64,000 nt of DNA, from NCBI RefSeq assembly GCF_009914755.1, contig NC_060943.1; one strand, 5' to 3'. A program made the translations under genes and the position numbers. Of the stretch, positions 18,191 through 35,462 are shown piece by piece (positions within the stretch are counted from its first letter, which is position 1; the number at the start of each line of letters is the position of its first letter). The notes beneath the pieces are model-generated. The model searched no databases, was not told where the DNA came from, and saw only the letters and a list, made by a program, of their open reading frames with translations. This DNA comes from the human T2T-CHM13v2.0 reference genome, Homo sapiens.

Positions 18191-18410
18191 TTTTTTGCAG
18201 AGACAGAGTCTCACTCTGTCGCCCAGGCTAGAGTGCGGTGGCGCAATCTTGGCTCACCATGACCTCTGCAGCCCAGGTTCAAGCAATTCTCCTGCCTCAG
18301 CCTCCTGAGTAGCCAGGATTACAGGCACCTGCCACCGTGCCTGGATAATTTTTGTAGTTTTTGGTATAGACAGGGTTTCACCATCTTGGCCAGGCTGGTC
18401 TTGAACTCCT

Positions 18411-18593
18411 TGTCAGGCCTCTGAGCCCAAGCTAAGCCATCGTATCCCCTGTGACCTGCACGTGTACATCCAGATGGCCTGAAGCAACTGAAGATCCACA
18501 AAAAAGTGAAAATAACCGGTTCCTGCCTTAACTGATGACATTACCTTGTGACATTCCTTCTCCTGGACAATGAGTCTTAGAAGCTCCCCACTG

Positions 18594-18595
<2 letters not shown>
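18411..18595 (+). mobile_element. LTR7-family (HERV-H) LTR, 5' 185 bp only
   Basis: Begins tgtcaggcctctgagcccaagctaagccatc...cctgccttaactgatgacatt, the LTR7 5' terminus. Inserted into an antisense Alu (about 18185-18410) and truncated at aagctccccactgag. Confidence 0.88.
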
Positions 18596-21258
<2,663 letters not shown>

Positions 21259-21260
<2 letters not shown>

Positions 21261-23263
21261 GAACCCATCAGAGATGCAAAGAAAAGCACCTCCACGGAGA
21301 TGGAAACACCACAATCAAACACCATCGATTCACAAGGTGAACAAAATGGTGATGTCAGAAGAACAGATGAAGTTGCCATCCACCAAGAAAGCAGAGCCGC
21401 CGACTTGGGCACAATTAAAGAAGCTGACACAGTTACCAAAAAAAAGCCTAGAGAACACAAAGGTGACACAAACTCCAGAGAACACGCTGCTTGCAGCTTT
21501 GATGATTGTATCAACGGTGGTAAGTCTCCCCTTGCCTGCAGGGGCAGCTGCAGCTAATTATACCTACTGGGCCTATGTGCCTTTCCCGCCCTTAATTCGG
21601 GCAGTCACATGGATGGATAATCCTATTGAAGTATATGTTAATAATAGTGCATGGGTACCTGGCCCCACAGATGATCGTTGCCCTGCCAAACCTGAGGAAG
21701 AAGGAATGATGATAAATATTTCCACTGGGTATCGTTATCCTCCTATTTGCCTAGGGAGAGCACCAGCATGTTTAATGCCTGCAATCCAAAATTGGTTGGT
21801 AGAAGTACCTACTGTCGGTACCACCAGTAGATTCACTTATCACACGGTAAGTGGAATGTCTCTCAGGCCACAGGTAAATTATTTACAGGACTTTTCTTAT
21901 CAATGATCATTACAATTTAGGCCTAAACAAAAGCCTTGCCCCAAGGTAATTCCCAAAGAATCAAAAGGCACAGAAGTTTTAGTTTGGGAAGAATGTGTGG
22001 CCGATAGTGCGGAGATATTACAAAACAATGAATTCGGAACTATTATAGATTGGACATGTCGAGGTCAATTCTACCACAATTGCACAGGACAAACTCAGTC
22101 ATGTCCCAGTGCACAAGTGAGTCCAGCTGTTAACAGTGACTTAACAGAAAGTTTAGACAAACATAAGCACAAAAAATTACAGTCTTTCTACCCTTTGGAA
22201 TGGGGAGAAAAAGGAATCTCTACTCCAAGACTAAAAATAATAAGTCTTGTTTCTGGTCCTGAACATCCACAATTATGGATGCTTACTGTGGCCTCATATT
22301 GCATTAGAATTTGATCTGGAAATCAAGCTATATAAAGAAGAGATCGCAAGCCATTTTATACTATCGACCTAAATTCCAGTCTAACAGTTCCTTTGCAAAG
22401 TTGTATAAAGCCCCCTTATATGCTAGTTGTAGGAAATATAGTTATTAAACCAGACTCCCAAACTATAACCTGTGAAAACTGCAGATTGTTTACTTGCATT
22501 GATTCGACTTTTAATTGGCAGCACCGTATTCTGCTAGTGAGAGCAAGAGAAGGCGTGTGGGTCCCTGTGTCCATGGACTGACCGTGGGAGGCCTCGCCAT
22601 CCGTCCATATTTTGACTGAAGTATTCAAAGCCATTTTAAATAGATCCAAAATATTCTTTAATTGCAGTGATTATGGGACTAATTGCAGTCACAGCTACGG
22701 CCTCTGTGGCAGGAGTTTCATTGTACTCTTCTGCTCAGACAGTAAACTTTTTTAATTATTGGCAAAAGAATTCTACAAGATTGTGGAATTCATAATCTGG
22801 TATTGATCAAAAATTGGCAAATCAAATTAATGACCTTAGACACAATGTTGTTTGGATGGGAGATAGGCTCACGAGCTTGAAACATCATTTCTGGTTACAC
22901 TGTGACTGGAATATGTCACATTTTTGTATTACATCCTAAGCCTATAATGAGTCTGAGCATCATTGGGACATGGTTAGATGCCATCTACAAGGAAGAGAAG
23001 ATGATCTTACTTTAGACATTTCAAAATTAAAAGAAAAATTTTTGAGGCATCAAAAACCCATTTAAATTTGGTGCCAGGAACTGAGGCAATCGCGAAAGCT
23101 GCTGATGGCCTCGCAAATCTTAACCCGGTCACTTGGGTTAAAACCATCGCAAGTTCCACTATTGTAAATTTCATATTAATCCTTGTGTTCCTGTTCTGTC
23201 TGTTGTTAGTCTGCAGGTGTACCCAGCAGCTCCGAAGAGACAGCGACCATTGAGAATGGGTGA
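21259..23263 (+). CDS. Putative HML-2 Rec, spliced 21259-21519 + 23210-23263, 104 aa
   Basis: 87-codon first exon ends GTG|gtaagt. Acceptor tgttgttag|TCT. Second exon reads [17 protein letters not shown]-stop. The frame is intact; expression is unknown. Confidence 0.55.
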
Positions 23264-23349
23264 TGACGACGATGGTGGTTTTGTCAAAAAGAAAAGGGGG
23301 AAATGTGGGGAAAAGAAAGAGAGATCAGACTGTTACTGTGTCTATGTAG
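21259..23349 (+). pseudogene. HML-2 env, disrupted; first 215 codons open (signal peptide plus N-terminal SU)
   Basis: ORF 21259-21906 stops at TGA. Further env fragments at 21997-22314, 22393-22581 and 23068-23253 (TM membrane anchor). Confidence 0.92.
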
Positions 23350-24294
23350 AAAAGGAAGACATAAGAAACTCCATTTTGATCTGTATTAAGAAAAATTGTT
23401 CTGCTTTGCGATGCTGTTAATCTGTAACTTTAGCCCCAACCCTGTGCTCACAGAAACATGTGCTGTATTGAATCAAGGTTTAATGGATTTAGGGCTGTGC
23501 AGGGTGTGCCTTGTTAACAATATGTTTGCAGGCAGTATGCCCGGTAAAAGTTATCGCCATTCTCCATTCTCTGTTAACCAGGGACACAATGCACTGCGGA
23601 AAGCCGCAGGGACCTCTGCCCTAGAAAGCCTGGGTATTGTCCAAGTTTCCCCCCACTGAGACAGCCTGAGATATGGCCTCATGGGAAAAGAAAGACCTTA
23701 TATCCCCCAACCCGACACCCGTGAAGGGTCTGTGCTGAGGAGGAGTAGTGAAAGAGGGAGGCCTCTTTGCAGTCAAGATAAGAGGAAGGCTTCTGTCTCC
23801 TGCTCATTTCTGGGAATGGAATGCCTCGGTGTAAAGCCGACCATTCATTCTATTCTGAGGTAGGAGAAAACCGCCCTGTGGTTGGAGGTGAGACATGCTG
23901 GCAGCAATACTGCTCTGTGACTCTTTGCTACACTGAGATGTTTGTGTGAAGAGAAACATAAATCTAGCCTACGTGCACATCCAGGCACAGTACCTTTCCT
24001 TGAACTTATTCATGACACAGATTCCTTTGCTCACGTTTCCCTGCTGACCTTCTCGCCACCATCACCCTGTTGCCCTGCCACACTCCCCTCACAAAGATAG
24101 TAAAAATAGTGATCAATAAATACTGAGGGAACTCAGAGACCAGCGCCGGTGCGGGTACTCGCACACTGAGCTCCGGTTGTCTGGGCCCACTGCTGTTTCT
24201 CTATACTTTGTCTCTGTGTCTTATTTCTTTTCTCAGTTTCTCATCTCCACCTGATGAGAAACACCCGCAGGTGTGGAGGGGCAGGCCCCCTTCA
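23304..24294 (+). mobile_element. HML-2 3' LTR, LTR5B-like (991 bp)
   Basis: tgtggggaaaagaaagagagatcag...ggcaggcccccttca, AATAAA at 24115-24120, and the older-subfamily motif gtagaaaaggaagacataagaaactcc. Confidence 0.88.
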
Positions 24295-24949
24295 GGCTGA
24301 GGCAGGGGAATCACTTGAACCCAGGAAGCAGAGGCTTGCAGTGAGTCGAGATCCCACCACTGCACTGCAGCCTGGATGACAGAGAAATACTCTGTCTCAA
24401 AACAAAAGAAAAGAAATAAGTAAATACATAAAAGAAAGTAACAGATCTCTTCCACAAATGTGGAATGGACAACTAACTGGATATCCACATGGAAAAGAAC
24501 AATGTTGGATCCCTATCTCATACAATCAACCTCTTATTTTAAAACGTAAAAAAAAAACAACGAAAAATAAAGAGAGAAAGAGAGAAACGAGGAAGGGAGC
24601 CCTGCGGGAGGGGGTGTTACTTTGTCGCCCAGGCTGGCCTGGACCCCCAGGTTCAGCGATCCTCCCGCCCCGCTTCCTGAGTAGCTGGGACCTCAGGCTC
24701 CCGCGCCCGCGTCCGCATCCTTGCTGTGTTTATCCGGCAGGTGGTGACCTCACTCCTCGCTGGCCTGAGCACTCCGTCCAGCATCCCAGGCGGTGGCTTT
24801 AGGGAAGTCTCTGCAGCTGAGCACAGGGTGGACTCTCCCTCCGGAGTGAATGGAGAATAGAAAGGGAGAGGATTTCTATTCTATTCTCTGGGCCGTCAGC
24901 ATGACATTGTAAGTTCTGCCCAAGCAGGGCTTTGCATTTCACATTCTAC

Positions 24950-25900
24950 TTTGCATCCGCGTTTCAGACAATTCCAGGGCTTTTGAATCATGGATCGGCC
25001 TTCCTGGCCATCTCGCCTCCAAAACCCAAAAACAGAGGCGGTGGGAGGGAGGCTGAGAGACGCACTGATCCCGCCCCAGCCCAGCCCCGCCCCGCCCCGC
25101 CCCGCCCTCTGCCGGTACTAAAGGGCAAGGTCTCTCCGCCTCTACCCCTACCTGGCCCAGGCCCCGCCCACCTCCTCGCAGGCCCCGCCCAGGCCTGGCT
25201 TCTGTCCTTCCCCGCTCACACGCGCGCAAACCCGGAAGCAGATCGCGTGGAGTGAAGGTCCCTCAGCGGCGCGTGAGTTTCGCTCCATCTTGTATGAAGT
25301 CTGCTCTTCCCAGGTCCCCGGCGCTTCTGTCCCTGGGACGTGGGGTCCCTACAGACCTGGAAATTCTCACCCGTCTTCCTTCGCCCAGAGCAAATTGAGA
25401 CGTCCCCGTGAGAGCCCGGGGGTCACTTCCTTTTGGGTTTAAAGTCTCCCTGAGGCTGGTCCCGTTCCGGATCTTTCTGCTATAGGGCAATATATACACT
25501 TTCTATCGCGTAGTTTTCCTGCTCTAAACCTTTTTCTGACTCCTCCCGCCCCGCGCTTTTTAAAGTCCTCACCCGAGAGGTGAATTCCCGCCCTGGGCGC
25601 CTCCCAGCCTCGCCCTCGTCGGCCCCTAGAGCGCAGCGTCGCAGCCCCGGTCCCGGGGAGGCCGTGTCCTCTGCCTAGTCCTGGGATCCTGCAGACCCCA
25701 CCCTTGTCCTCAGGCGCCGTCGCCCCCCACCTCCCTCCTCGTGCCGGGCCCTGCTGCTCCCCAGGTCTCTCCTCCGCAGTCACCGCTTCTCCTGAGCCCG
25801 CGTTGGGGAGGTGCCCGGGGTCTGTCCTGTGACACGGGGTGTTCTTGCCTGCCCAGTTCCAGCCCCTGGAAAATACGCTCCTCCGGGATGCAGGCGTCTT
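24950..25900 (+). promoter_or_regulatory. ZNF525: CpG-island promoter and non-coding exon 1 of gene 2 (donor at 25272/25273)
   Basis: Clustered GC boxes (ccccgccccgccccgccc), ETS motif CCGGAAG at 25232, cgcgcgca, donor GC|gtgagt, high CpG density. Confidence 0.85.
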
Positions 25901-26368
25901 ACTCCAAACCCTCCTGTGATTGTGTGGGCCAAAGGGATCAGGAGACAGACAGCAGTAGAAAACCTGAGACAGAGAAAAGAAGAATGAGAAAGGCCCATAA
26001 CAGATGGCAAAGTAGAGGATGGGTGAGGGATTTGCCAAGAGACAGCAAAAGTGAAAAAAAAAAAAAAAGATAAGCAGGAGGAGAAAAGCAACTAGAGAAA
26101 TGTAGAGAAAAGCTAGATGTACAGAGAGATGAAGGACAGCAAGGTAGGGAGAGGGACAGCAAAGAGGGAGGCTCATCAGGGTGAGGGAGAGGAGGAGGGA
26201 TTTGGAGCCAGGGCAGACAGAGCAGAGTGGTGCTGGTGGCAAAGAGAACAGAGGGAGAACCACAGCAGGGAGGACACCTGGGGATCTGGGGTGCCAGAGA
26301 GTGGGGACAGGGGGGTATAACAGAGAAGAGAGAATTTAACGGGGAGAGCAGAGGAGACGCAGAGATGG

Positions 26369-26851
26369 TGTTGCGGGAAACTGAGGACTAGACAGACTGA
26401 TATGGGGGAGACAGGAGGATGTTTATTTAAGGTACACAGCGGCTCAGCAGATTTACATCTAAAAAGCTGAGCATTTCAACAAACACAGAGTGGGTTTTTT
26501 TTGCTTTCAGAAGCAGAGTAGAAGCAGTTAATCATATAATAGGTCACGTAATCTATAGCATAGCATAACTTGTGTCCTTCCATAGCTGGTGGCCTTGTAG
26601 CTGCATTGAAAGAAAAACAAGAACAGCTAAATACACACGTTTGTCCTTTTTTTTTCCTTCACCCTTGTTCTGGAGGTGGGGGTGTCAGGAGCTCATTCCT
26701 TTGGCTTCAACTTCTCAAACAGCGTCTCATAACTGTTCTTGAAGTGAGCTTGCTAGGCAGAGGAAAACTTCTTTTCTTTTTAACCCTTGCCTTGCCTGTT
26801 ACTATTCTTGGAGTGAATGAATACATGTTTTTTTTTTTAATTTCTGCTTCA
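26369..26851 (-). mobile_element. 3' LTR of an ERV3/HERV3-related provirus in intron 1
   Basis: Minus strand tgaagcagaaatt...cccgcaaca, preceded by a polypurine tract (26852-26863) and env. Paralog at 55802-56291. Confidence 0.78.
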
Positions 26852-26863
26852 GTTTCTTCCCTT

Positions 26864-28574
26864 AGATGCTTTTTATTATCAAGATTTTAATAGAAAGCAT
26901 CACTATTACTGGATTCTTCATGAAAGAGCAGGTTTTCTTCTTTAGGCACAGGCTGATATTTATACAGAGCTATTAGCTGAGTGGTAGTCTGCCTGGTTAC
27001 AATTGCTTCTATAGTTGATTAAATGTTCTTAACAAGGAGAGGTAAGAGGTAAGGGAGTATTAAACCAATTCTTAGTATTTCTAGAACTACTCCTATTAAG
27101 GTTTTGAATCTACTGAAGGAGGAAAACCAGCCTCTAAAGAGGGACTCGGGAGTCTACTTTGTCTAAGTCTGGACTGGAACATGGGATAATTTTTTCATAC
27201 TTGCAGTTATTTCTATAACAGCCTTCCTATTGTCATTGATTTCTAGGCAGCAATTAGTTAGATTAAACTTTCTACATACTCCTCCTTCCTAGGCTAGGAG
27301 GTAGTCTAAAGCTAATCTATTTTGGTAGATGGCATTTCTCATTTTCATGGCTTACTGGGCCAGTTTCATTAGTGATGATTTCAAGTACTGCTTGCAAATT
27401 TATGATGTGGTTAAGCGTGTAAATCGGGGTGCGATACCTTTATGACTTATCTCGTGCCCAGGTAGCTGGCCTAGAGTACAGAATTAGTCTTTCAGGGGGC
27501 CAGTCTGTATCTTTCTAATCTTCTATTTTTATGTCTTTTCTTATGTCTATATCTCTTTTGTTTTTTTTCTTTAATTTTGTTGTAGACAGGATACCTTAAA
27601 ATTTCTCCTTGTTGCAATGGGAGTTAGAAGAAAGATGGTCTGATTGTTTTAAGTACACAAGCCCTTGTCCATTTGGCTGGCAACTGTCAGTAGGCCTGTG
27701 GCACACAGTTCTAATAGAGACCAGAGGGTGCTTGCCAGGTATTTGGAGCTTCAAGCTGATACTATGTGTGGTTTAGAGAAGAGAAACGGGAGAATGAGTT
27801 TGGATGAGGTGATCTGGAGTCATCTTTGCCTTGCCACAAAGTTTTCTTTAGTGTTTTATTATAATATTGCTGTCTTAAACAAGTTAATTCTTCTAGTGAC
27901 TCTGTAAAAGCTTTTCCTTAGTGAGCAACACAGTATCTCCTGATAATAGAAGTTTTTAAGAGCTAGGGGCTTGAAACTGTGGGCATTGCTTTGGGGGAAG
28001 AGTCAGTTAGAGTTAAATTATCTTGTGGCATTAACGCTTTTGCTTCTTAAGGCCAGTGGTCTCCTATGTTAGTCCTTCTACAAACATAACATGAGGAAAT
28101 GCTTAGGCTGCTAGCAGTGTTTTCAGCTAGCCAAGCAAACAGGCTTTTAGCTAAAGGAGGAGGCTCTGGTAACTTCTGGTCTACCTGCTTGTAGAATAAT
28201 TTAAAGATTTGGAATTGTTGCTGGGCCAGAAGGGTCGGGGTTCCTTTTTTGATAACATATAGGTAGGTTGCTGGGTAGGTGTGTGTGGAGACATGAATGG
28301 GGTAACCTGCGGTCCACACGGGTAAGTCTGGCTTTAGAATGGTGAAATTTACGGGATGACAGATTTTTGTTTCACAATCTGGTTTTACCGGCATTTTGGT
28401 AAGCATGATTGTCCTTTGTTGTGTGCTGGGGTGCCACGATATGCAATACTGAGAATCTTTTTCTGGGGTCTCAGAAGGACAAGGTGGCATGCATACGTAT
28501 CTGTAGTCATTTCTATAGTATCTTTTTATAGGTAGGTTACCATAGACAGATGAGTCTAGGTCTGCTGATGACAA
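26864..28574 (-). pseudogene. ERV3-like env remnant (SU C-terminus and TM)
   Basis: ORF 28047-28574(-) contains QKLPEPPPLAKSLFAWLAEN...CYVC, as in ERV3-1 Env. The minus strand at about 27230-27440 reads [12 protein letters not shown]...[17 protein letters not shown]...FNLTNCCLE (immunosuppressive domain and CX6CC) with stops. Confidence 0.88.
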
Positions 28575-28774
28575 GCATCAAAATACAGAGAAATAGGCCC
28601 TCGGTAAAAGGGAAGGACCTTGGTTTGGTTTAAAAGGGAACTTTTTTTTGACCTTGCATGAATTTTAAACTATTCACCAGGTGAAAATTTGGAGTTATAA
28701 GATACATAAGGTTGGTTATTTTCTTGGTCACAAATTGAGTAGATTGTCTATGTACAAGTTCTTTTTTTTTTTGA

Positions 28775-28903
<129 letters not shown>

Positions 28904-29174
28904 TAATTTTTTGTATTTTTAGTAGAGACGGGTTTCACCATGTTGGCCAGGTTGGTCTCAAACTCCTGAACTCAGGTGATCCACCTGCCTTAACCTCCTA
29001 AAGTACTGGGATTACAAGCATGATCCATTGTTCCCGGCCACCCATGTATTCTTGATGGAAACAATTTGCTTATGTCTTAGTTCTACAGCTGACCTTCTTT
29101 TCACTGTTTTTAAGGTCAATAGCTGTGGGTTCGCACTTCTGCATTTTATAAATGTTACTGTGATTTTCTTGTAA

Positions 29175-29570
<396 letters not shown>

Positions 29571-30833
29571 TCAAGGATAGGGGTGATAAAGACCAACACT
29601 TCCATTAGCTCTTCCAGGCCCCCATGTAATAATTCAGGTAGCTGGGTGCGGTGGCCCACGCCTGTAATCCTAGCACTTTGGGAGGCTGAGGCGGGCAGAT
29701 CAGGAGGTCAGGAGATCGAGATTATCCTGGCTAACTTGGTGAAACCCCTTCTCTACTAAAAATACAAAAAATTAGCCAGATGTTGGGTGGATGCCTGTAG
29801 TCCCAGCTACTCGAAAGGCTGAGGCAGGAGAATGGTGTGAACGTGGGAAGCGGCGTTTGCACCGAGATCCTGCCACTGCTCTCCAGCCTGGGAGACAGAG
29901 CGAGACTCCATGTCAAAAAAAAAAAAAAAAGAACAGGCACACCTTCTCACTCATCTCAGACCTTCTCAGGGTAACTTGGTGAAAATTTCCCTGCTCTGAG
30001 CCCAGTGAGCCTCCCTGCAACTTGGAGATGAGGGGCTAGACCAGAAAAGCTCAACCCGAGTGACCCTGGCCCCTTAAATGGTTGGCAAAATAGAATGCAT
30101 GTCTGGGTGTGGCTTTTCTTCTGGGAGAGGGGAGTGCCCAGTTGTAATTAGAATTTTAAATGGGATGCAGTACCCCAAAAATGAAAAAAAAATAATAAAA
30201 TGCAGAAGAATGGAAGAAACAGAGTTGCAGACTCAGACACAGAGACTATCTTCGGGGCCTTTCTCTGTATGAGGACATCACAGCCAAATCTAAAGCAGGT
30301 CACGTCAGTCCCTGGCAGGGAACCCTCCACCGGCTTCCCGTGTTCCCCAGGACAAAAGCCCAACTCCTCACTGTGGCTCCACAGCCCTGTGTCCAGGGCC
30401 CCTGCCAGTGTCCAGCCTCCTCCTGGGAGCTTGCCCTCATCTCATGACTCCCTTTGCCCCAGTCACATTTGCTTTTCGCTTTTCCCAAACATCAGAACCT
30501 TTCCTGTCTCAGGTCGTTGTCCCTGCTCTTAACCTATGTCCCTAAATGATGACAGCCCTGTCCCTTTCCTCTGCGTTCAGGTCTAGGCTCAGAGCTGTCT
30601 CCCATGCCCTCCACCCCATCTGAAGTTCCCTCTGCCCATCAGTCTCTATCACATGACTCAGGTTTTATTATCTCTGCATCAATCACATCAGAAACGCTTT
30701 TTTTTTTTTTTTTTTTAGACAGAGTCTCACTCTGTCGCACAGGCTGTGAGTGCAGTCTCATGATCTTGGCTCACTGCAACCTACGTCTCCTGGGCTCAAG
30801 CGATTCTTGTGTCTCAGCCTCCCAATTAGCTGA

Positions 30834-31241
<408 letters not shown>

Positions 31242-31714
31242 TGATTCTCCCACCTCAACCTCCTAAGTAGCTGGGAGCACAGACACACAGACATGCACCA
31301 CTATGCCTGGCTAAGTTTTTATATTTTTGGTAGAGATGGGGTTTCACCATGTTGCCTAGGCTGGTCTCAAACTCCTGAGCTCAAGCGATCTACCCCTCTC
31401 AGCCTCCCACAGTGCTGGGATGACAGCTGTGAGCCACTGCACCCAGCCTCTGTATGAAGTTTGGTCAGGTCTGGGTCGGTGCCCTGAAGAGCTCATTCCA
31501 GCCCAGCTCCCCACTGCTGCAGCGTGTGTGTAGGCTTCCCCAGGAGGGGAGTGGGAGTTTTCCTGTAGGAGTTTATTGTACCTGGTACCTGGTGTGGAGG
31601 GCAGTAGAGGGGACTGTATTTCATCAGGGTGAGGTCTCCTTTGTATGTGTCATTGTGTTACAGGGAGGGTGTGTGTTGATTCTGAGCAATAAACAACATA
31701 TTTTTATCACTCAG

Positions 31715-31796
31715 GATTGACATCTAAAGACTCTTGGTACATGAGGAAGAAACCCGGAAAAGGAAAGCAGAGGAGTCAGGGATGGCTCTTCCTCAG
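31715..31796 (+). CDS. ZNF525: KZFP gene 2, start-codon exon (ATG at 31782, MALPQ)
   Basis: Acceptor ctcag|G, gggATGg, donor CAG|gtgaga; paralog of 736-823. Confidence 0.87.
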
Positions 31797-32593
31797 GTGA
31801 GACGATATTCTCAGTGGATTGTTCTGTCTCCTTCCTTTCAGAAATGCTGACCTTGGAGTTGGGAATCTTCTAAGTCTGAAGCTTCCTGCCTGACAGGTTT
31901 GCTCACATTCACCCATGCCTTCCCTCAGTCCCTCTCATCTCACTTAGATTTTATCTCTTGTGGCTCAGTGACATGAACTTGGGAAGAGGCTGCACTGGGC
32001 ATGGTCTTGGGAAGGGCTCACAACCAGACATGGATGGAGACGGGGTGAGGGTCCCGTGGTGTCAGTGCTGTTGGGCAGCAGGGATTGTTCAGGGGCCACA
32101 TCTGGATGCACTGTCAGCTCTCTGTGGACCAGGATTAGAGCAGCTGCCACTGGAAGTCACGCACTAATGTGCACAAAGTACGTGGTAAATTCCAGAAAAG
32201 GAGACCAATATTGGGAAATCCTTTCTGCCTGATTTTATACTATATTTTTAGGTAATTGAATGAGTTGCTGTGTTTCTGACTCCAAAATCTTAGTAATTAG
32301 AATGGAAAGTTCATACACAGACATGAATGATACAAGATGTTTGATTCCATCTTTGTTTTAAGAATATGAAATCAACCTAAATAATAGCAGGAGATTCATT
32401 AATCCATTTGCAGCATATTAAGCTCATGGAGACCGTGGTGTTACTGTGGAGAGGCTTGTGAAACAGGTGTTTTCAGTAAAAATGGTTATAACTTTTCTCA
32501 CATATGAGAGCAGTACTTCATTTTTATCCTAGAGGATGGAGCCATATTCTCATTCCACCTGTTACAATTATTATTATTATGATATTCTGATAA

Positions 32594-32776
<183 letters not shown>

Positions 32777-33150
32777 TAGTGACAAGTATCACCATGTTGG
32801 CCAGGCTAGTCTCAAACTCTTAACCTCAGGTGATCTGCCTGCCTCAGCCTCCAGGAGTGCTGAGATTACAGGCATGAGCCACCATGCCCAGCCCCATCAA
32901 TTATTATTAAATATATATGTTTATATTTAAACATCACATGATGAATATATTTGTTTTGTGGTAAAACTCCAAGCAAAGCTGCAGCTTATACCCTTTGCCA
33001 TAAAGCATCTTCTTTTCTCTGTCATGTCCTCCACCCTCCTTCCAGCCTCACTGGGGAGCCGCTACTGTCAGTTCGGTGTCAGGTGTCAGGTGTGGTACTC
33101 ATGTATTTCTGTATCGTTATGAGACTCCGGAAAAATTCTGCAGTAAATTA

Positions 33151-33359
<209 letters not shown>

Positions 33360-34979
33360 TTAGGTTTGGGGCTGCATGTGCAGGTTTGTTACATAGGTAA
33401 ACTAGGGTCATCAGGGTTTGTTGTACAAATTATTTCATCACTCTGGTATTAAGCCCAACTGCAACCTCTGCATCCGGAGCTCAAGCGATTCTCCTGCCTC
33501 AGCCTCCTGGGTAGCTGAAATTACTGGGGCCTGCTACCACACCTGGCTAATTTTTGTATTTTTAGTAGAGATAGGGTTTCACCATGTTAGCCAGGCTGAT
33601 CTTGAACTTCTGACCTAAGATGATCCACACACCTCGGCCTCCCAAACAGCTGGGATTACAGGTGTGAGCCTCCTTGCCCAGCCCCCAATAGTTATTCTTT
33701 CTGCTCCTCTCCTTCCTCCCACTCTCCCCACTCTCAAGCAGACCTCAGTGTGTTTTGTTTTCTTCTTTGTGTTCCAGGAAACATTTTACCTTGATATTTC
33801 ATCCTGCTAGTTGTGAATTTACATGTTGTCATGTTAGTGAACATGGCTAGCTTGCTCTTTGACATCTGCGTTGGAAATTAGCTGAATGACAACATGTGGG
33901 TCCTTTGTGATTTTTCCCTGTATAAAGAGTGCCATAGTGGCTGCCTCTGCATGTGCCTGCATTCCTACAGATATCTGAAATTTCCTCCAGGTCAGGCAGT
34001 TGAAAGGGTGATTGCTTCTTCTAGGATGGGGCATTTCCTGTTTTCTTAGATCTGACAAGATTCCTCCCTGCCCCCAACCGCCAAAGTGTCCTTTTCCAGC
34101 AAGATGAGATTCCTCTTCAGTTATACAAAACTTGCTATTTTATATTTTTACAACCTGTATTTATATATACATACACACACACATATACATATACATACGT
34201 ATAGACACACACAAATGTATATATTTTGAACAACTTTTACATTTTGAAAATCTGGGGAAAATGACAACCCTTTGTATTAACATCTAGTTTTTTTGTGAGT
34301 CTGTGTAGGTCTCATTATTTTGTTGACAAATATATCTATATAATGGATTTTCCTACTTTGAGTAATCTAGTTTTCATGTATTTTCTTTTATTTTGAGACT
34401 GGGTCTCACTGTGTTGCCCAGGCTGGAGCACAGTGGTGTGATCTTAGCTCACTGTAACCTCCACCCTCAGGCTCAAGCCATCCTCCTACGTCAGGCTCCC
34501 AAGTAGCTGGAACCACAGGTGCCTGCCACCATGCCCAGCTAATTTTTTTTTTTTTGAGATGGAGTCTCTGTTGCCCTGGCTGGATTGGTGCAATTTTGGA
34601 TCATTGCAACTTCTGCCTACTGGGATCAAGCAGTTCTGCATCACCCTCCTGGGTAGCTGGGATAACAGGCATGTGCCACCGTGCCTGGCTGGATTTTAGT
34701 TTCTGATCTTTCACTGTGGACGTTGTAATCTCTGAAGACATCACTCATACTCTGTCTCATCTAGATACTGAATGTCACTTAGTGTGTCAACAAAAGTTTC
34801 TGCGCCAGGCAGGGCCCAGAATTGGGCCTGCAATTCCAGCACTTTGAGAGACTGTATCAGGCAGATCACGAGGTCAGGAGTCTGAGACAAACCTGGCCAG
34901 TATGGTGAAACTCCGTTTCTACTAAAAATACAAAAATTAAATTGGCGTGGTGGCATGCACGTGTAATTTCAACTACTCA

Positions 34980-35144
<165 letters not shown>

Positions 35145-35252
35145 TTACTCGGATTTGTCAGAACATTCACTGCAATTAAATCCATGCTTTCCCCTCTCTC
35201 CTCTTCTCATTTTCTGTAAAGATAAGAACTCCTCCCATAACCATTTGGTTAA

Positions 35253-35462
<210 letters not shown>

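Noticed and set aside
23217-23420. ORF resembling the Np9 C-terminus ([10 protein letters not shown]...)
   Set aside because: Np9 needs the type-1 292-nt deletion donor. This provirus is type 2, so the frame is just the overlapping env/LTR frame.
25439-26263. 274-aa minus-strand ORF and other Pro/Arg/Gly-rich ORFs at 17.7, 25, 49.5 and 54.5 kb
   Set aside because: Stop-poor GC-rich promoter DNA; the frames are not conserved between paralogous copies.
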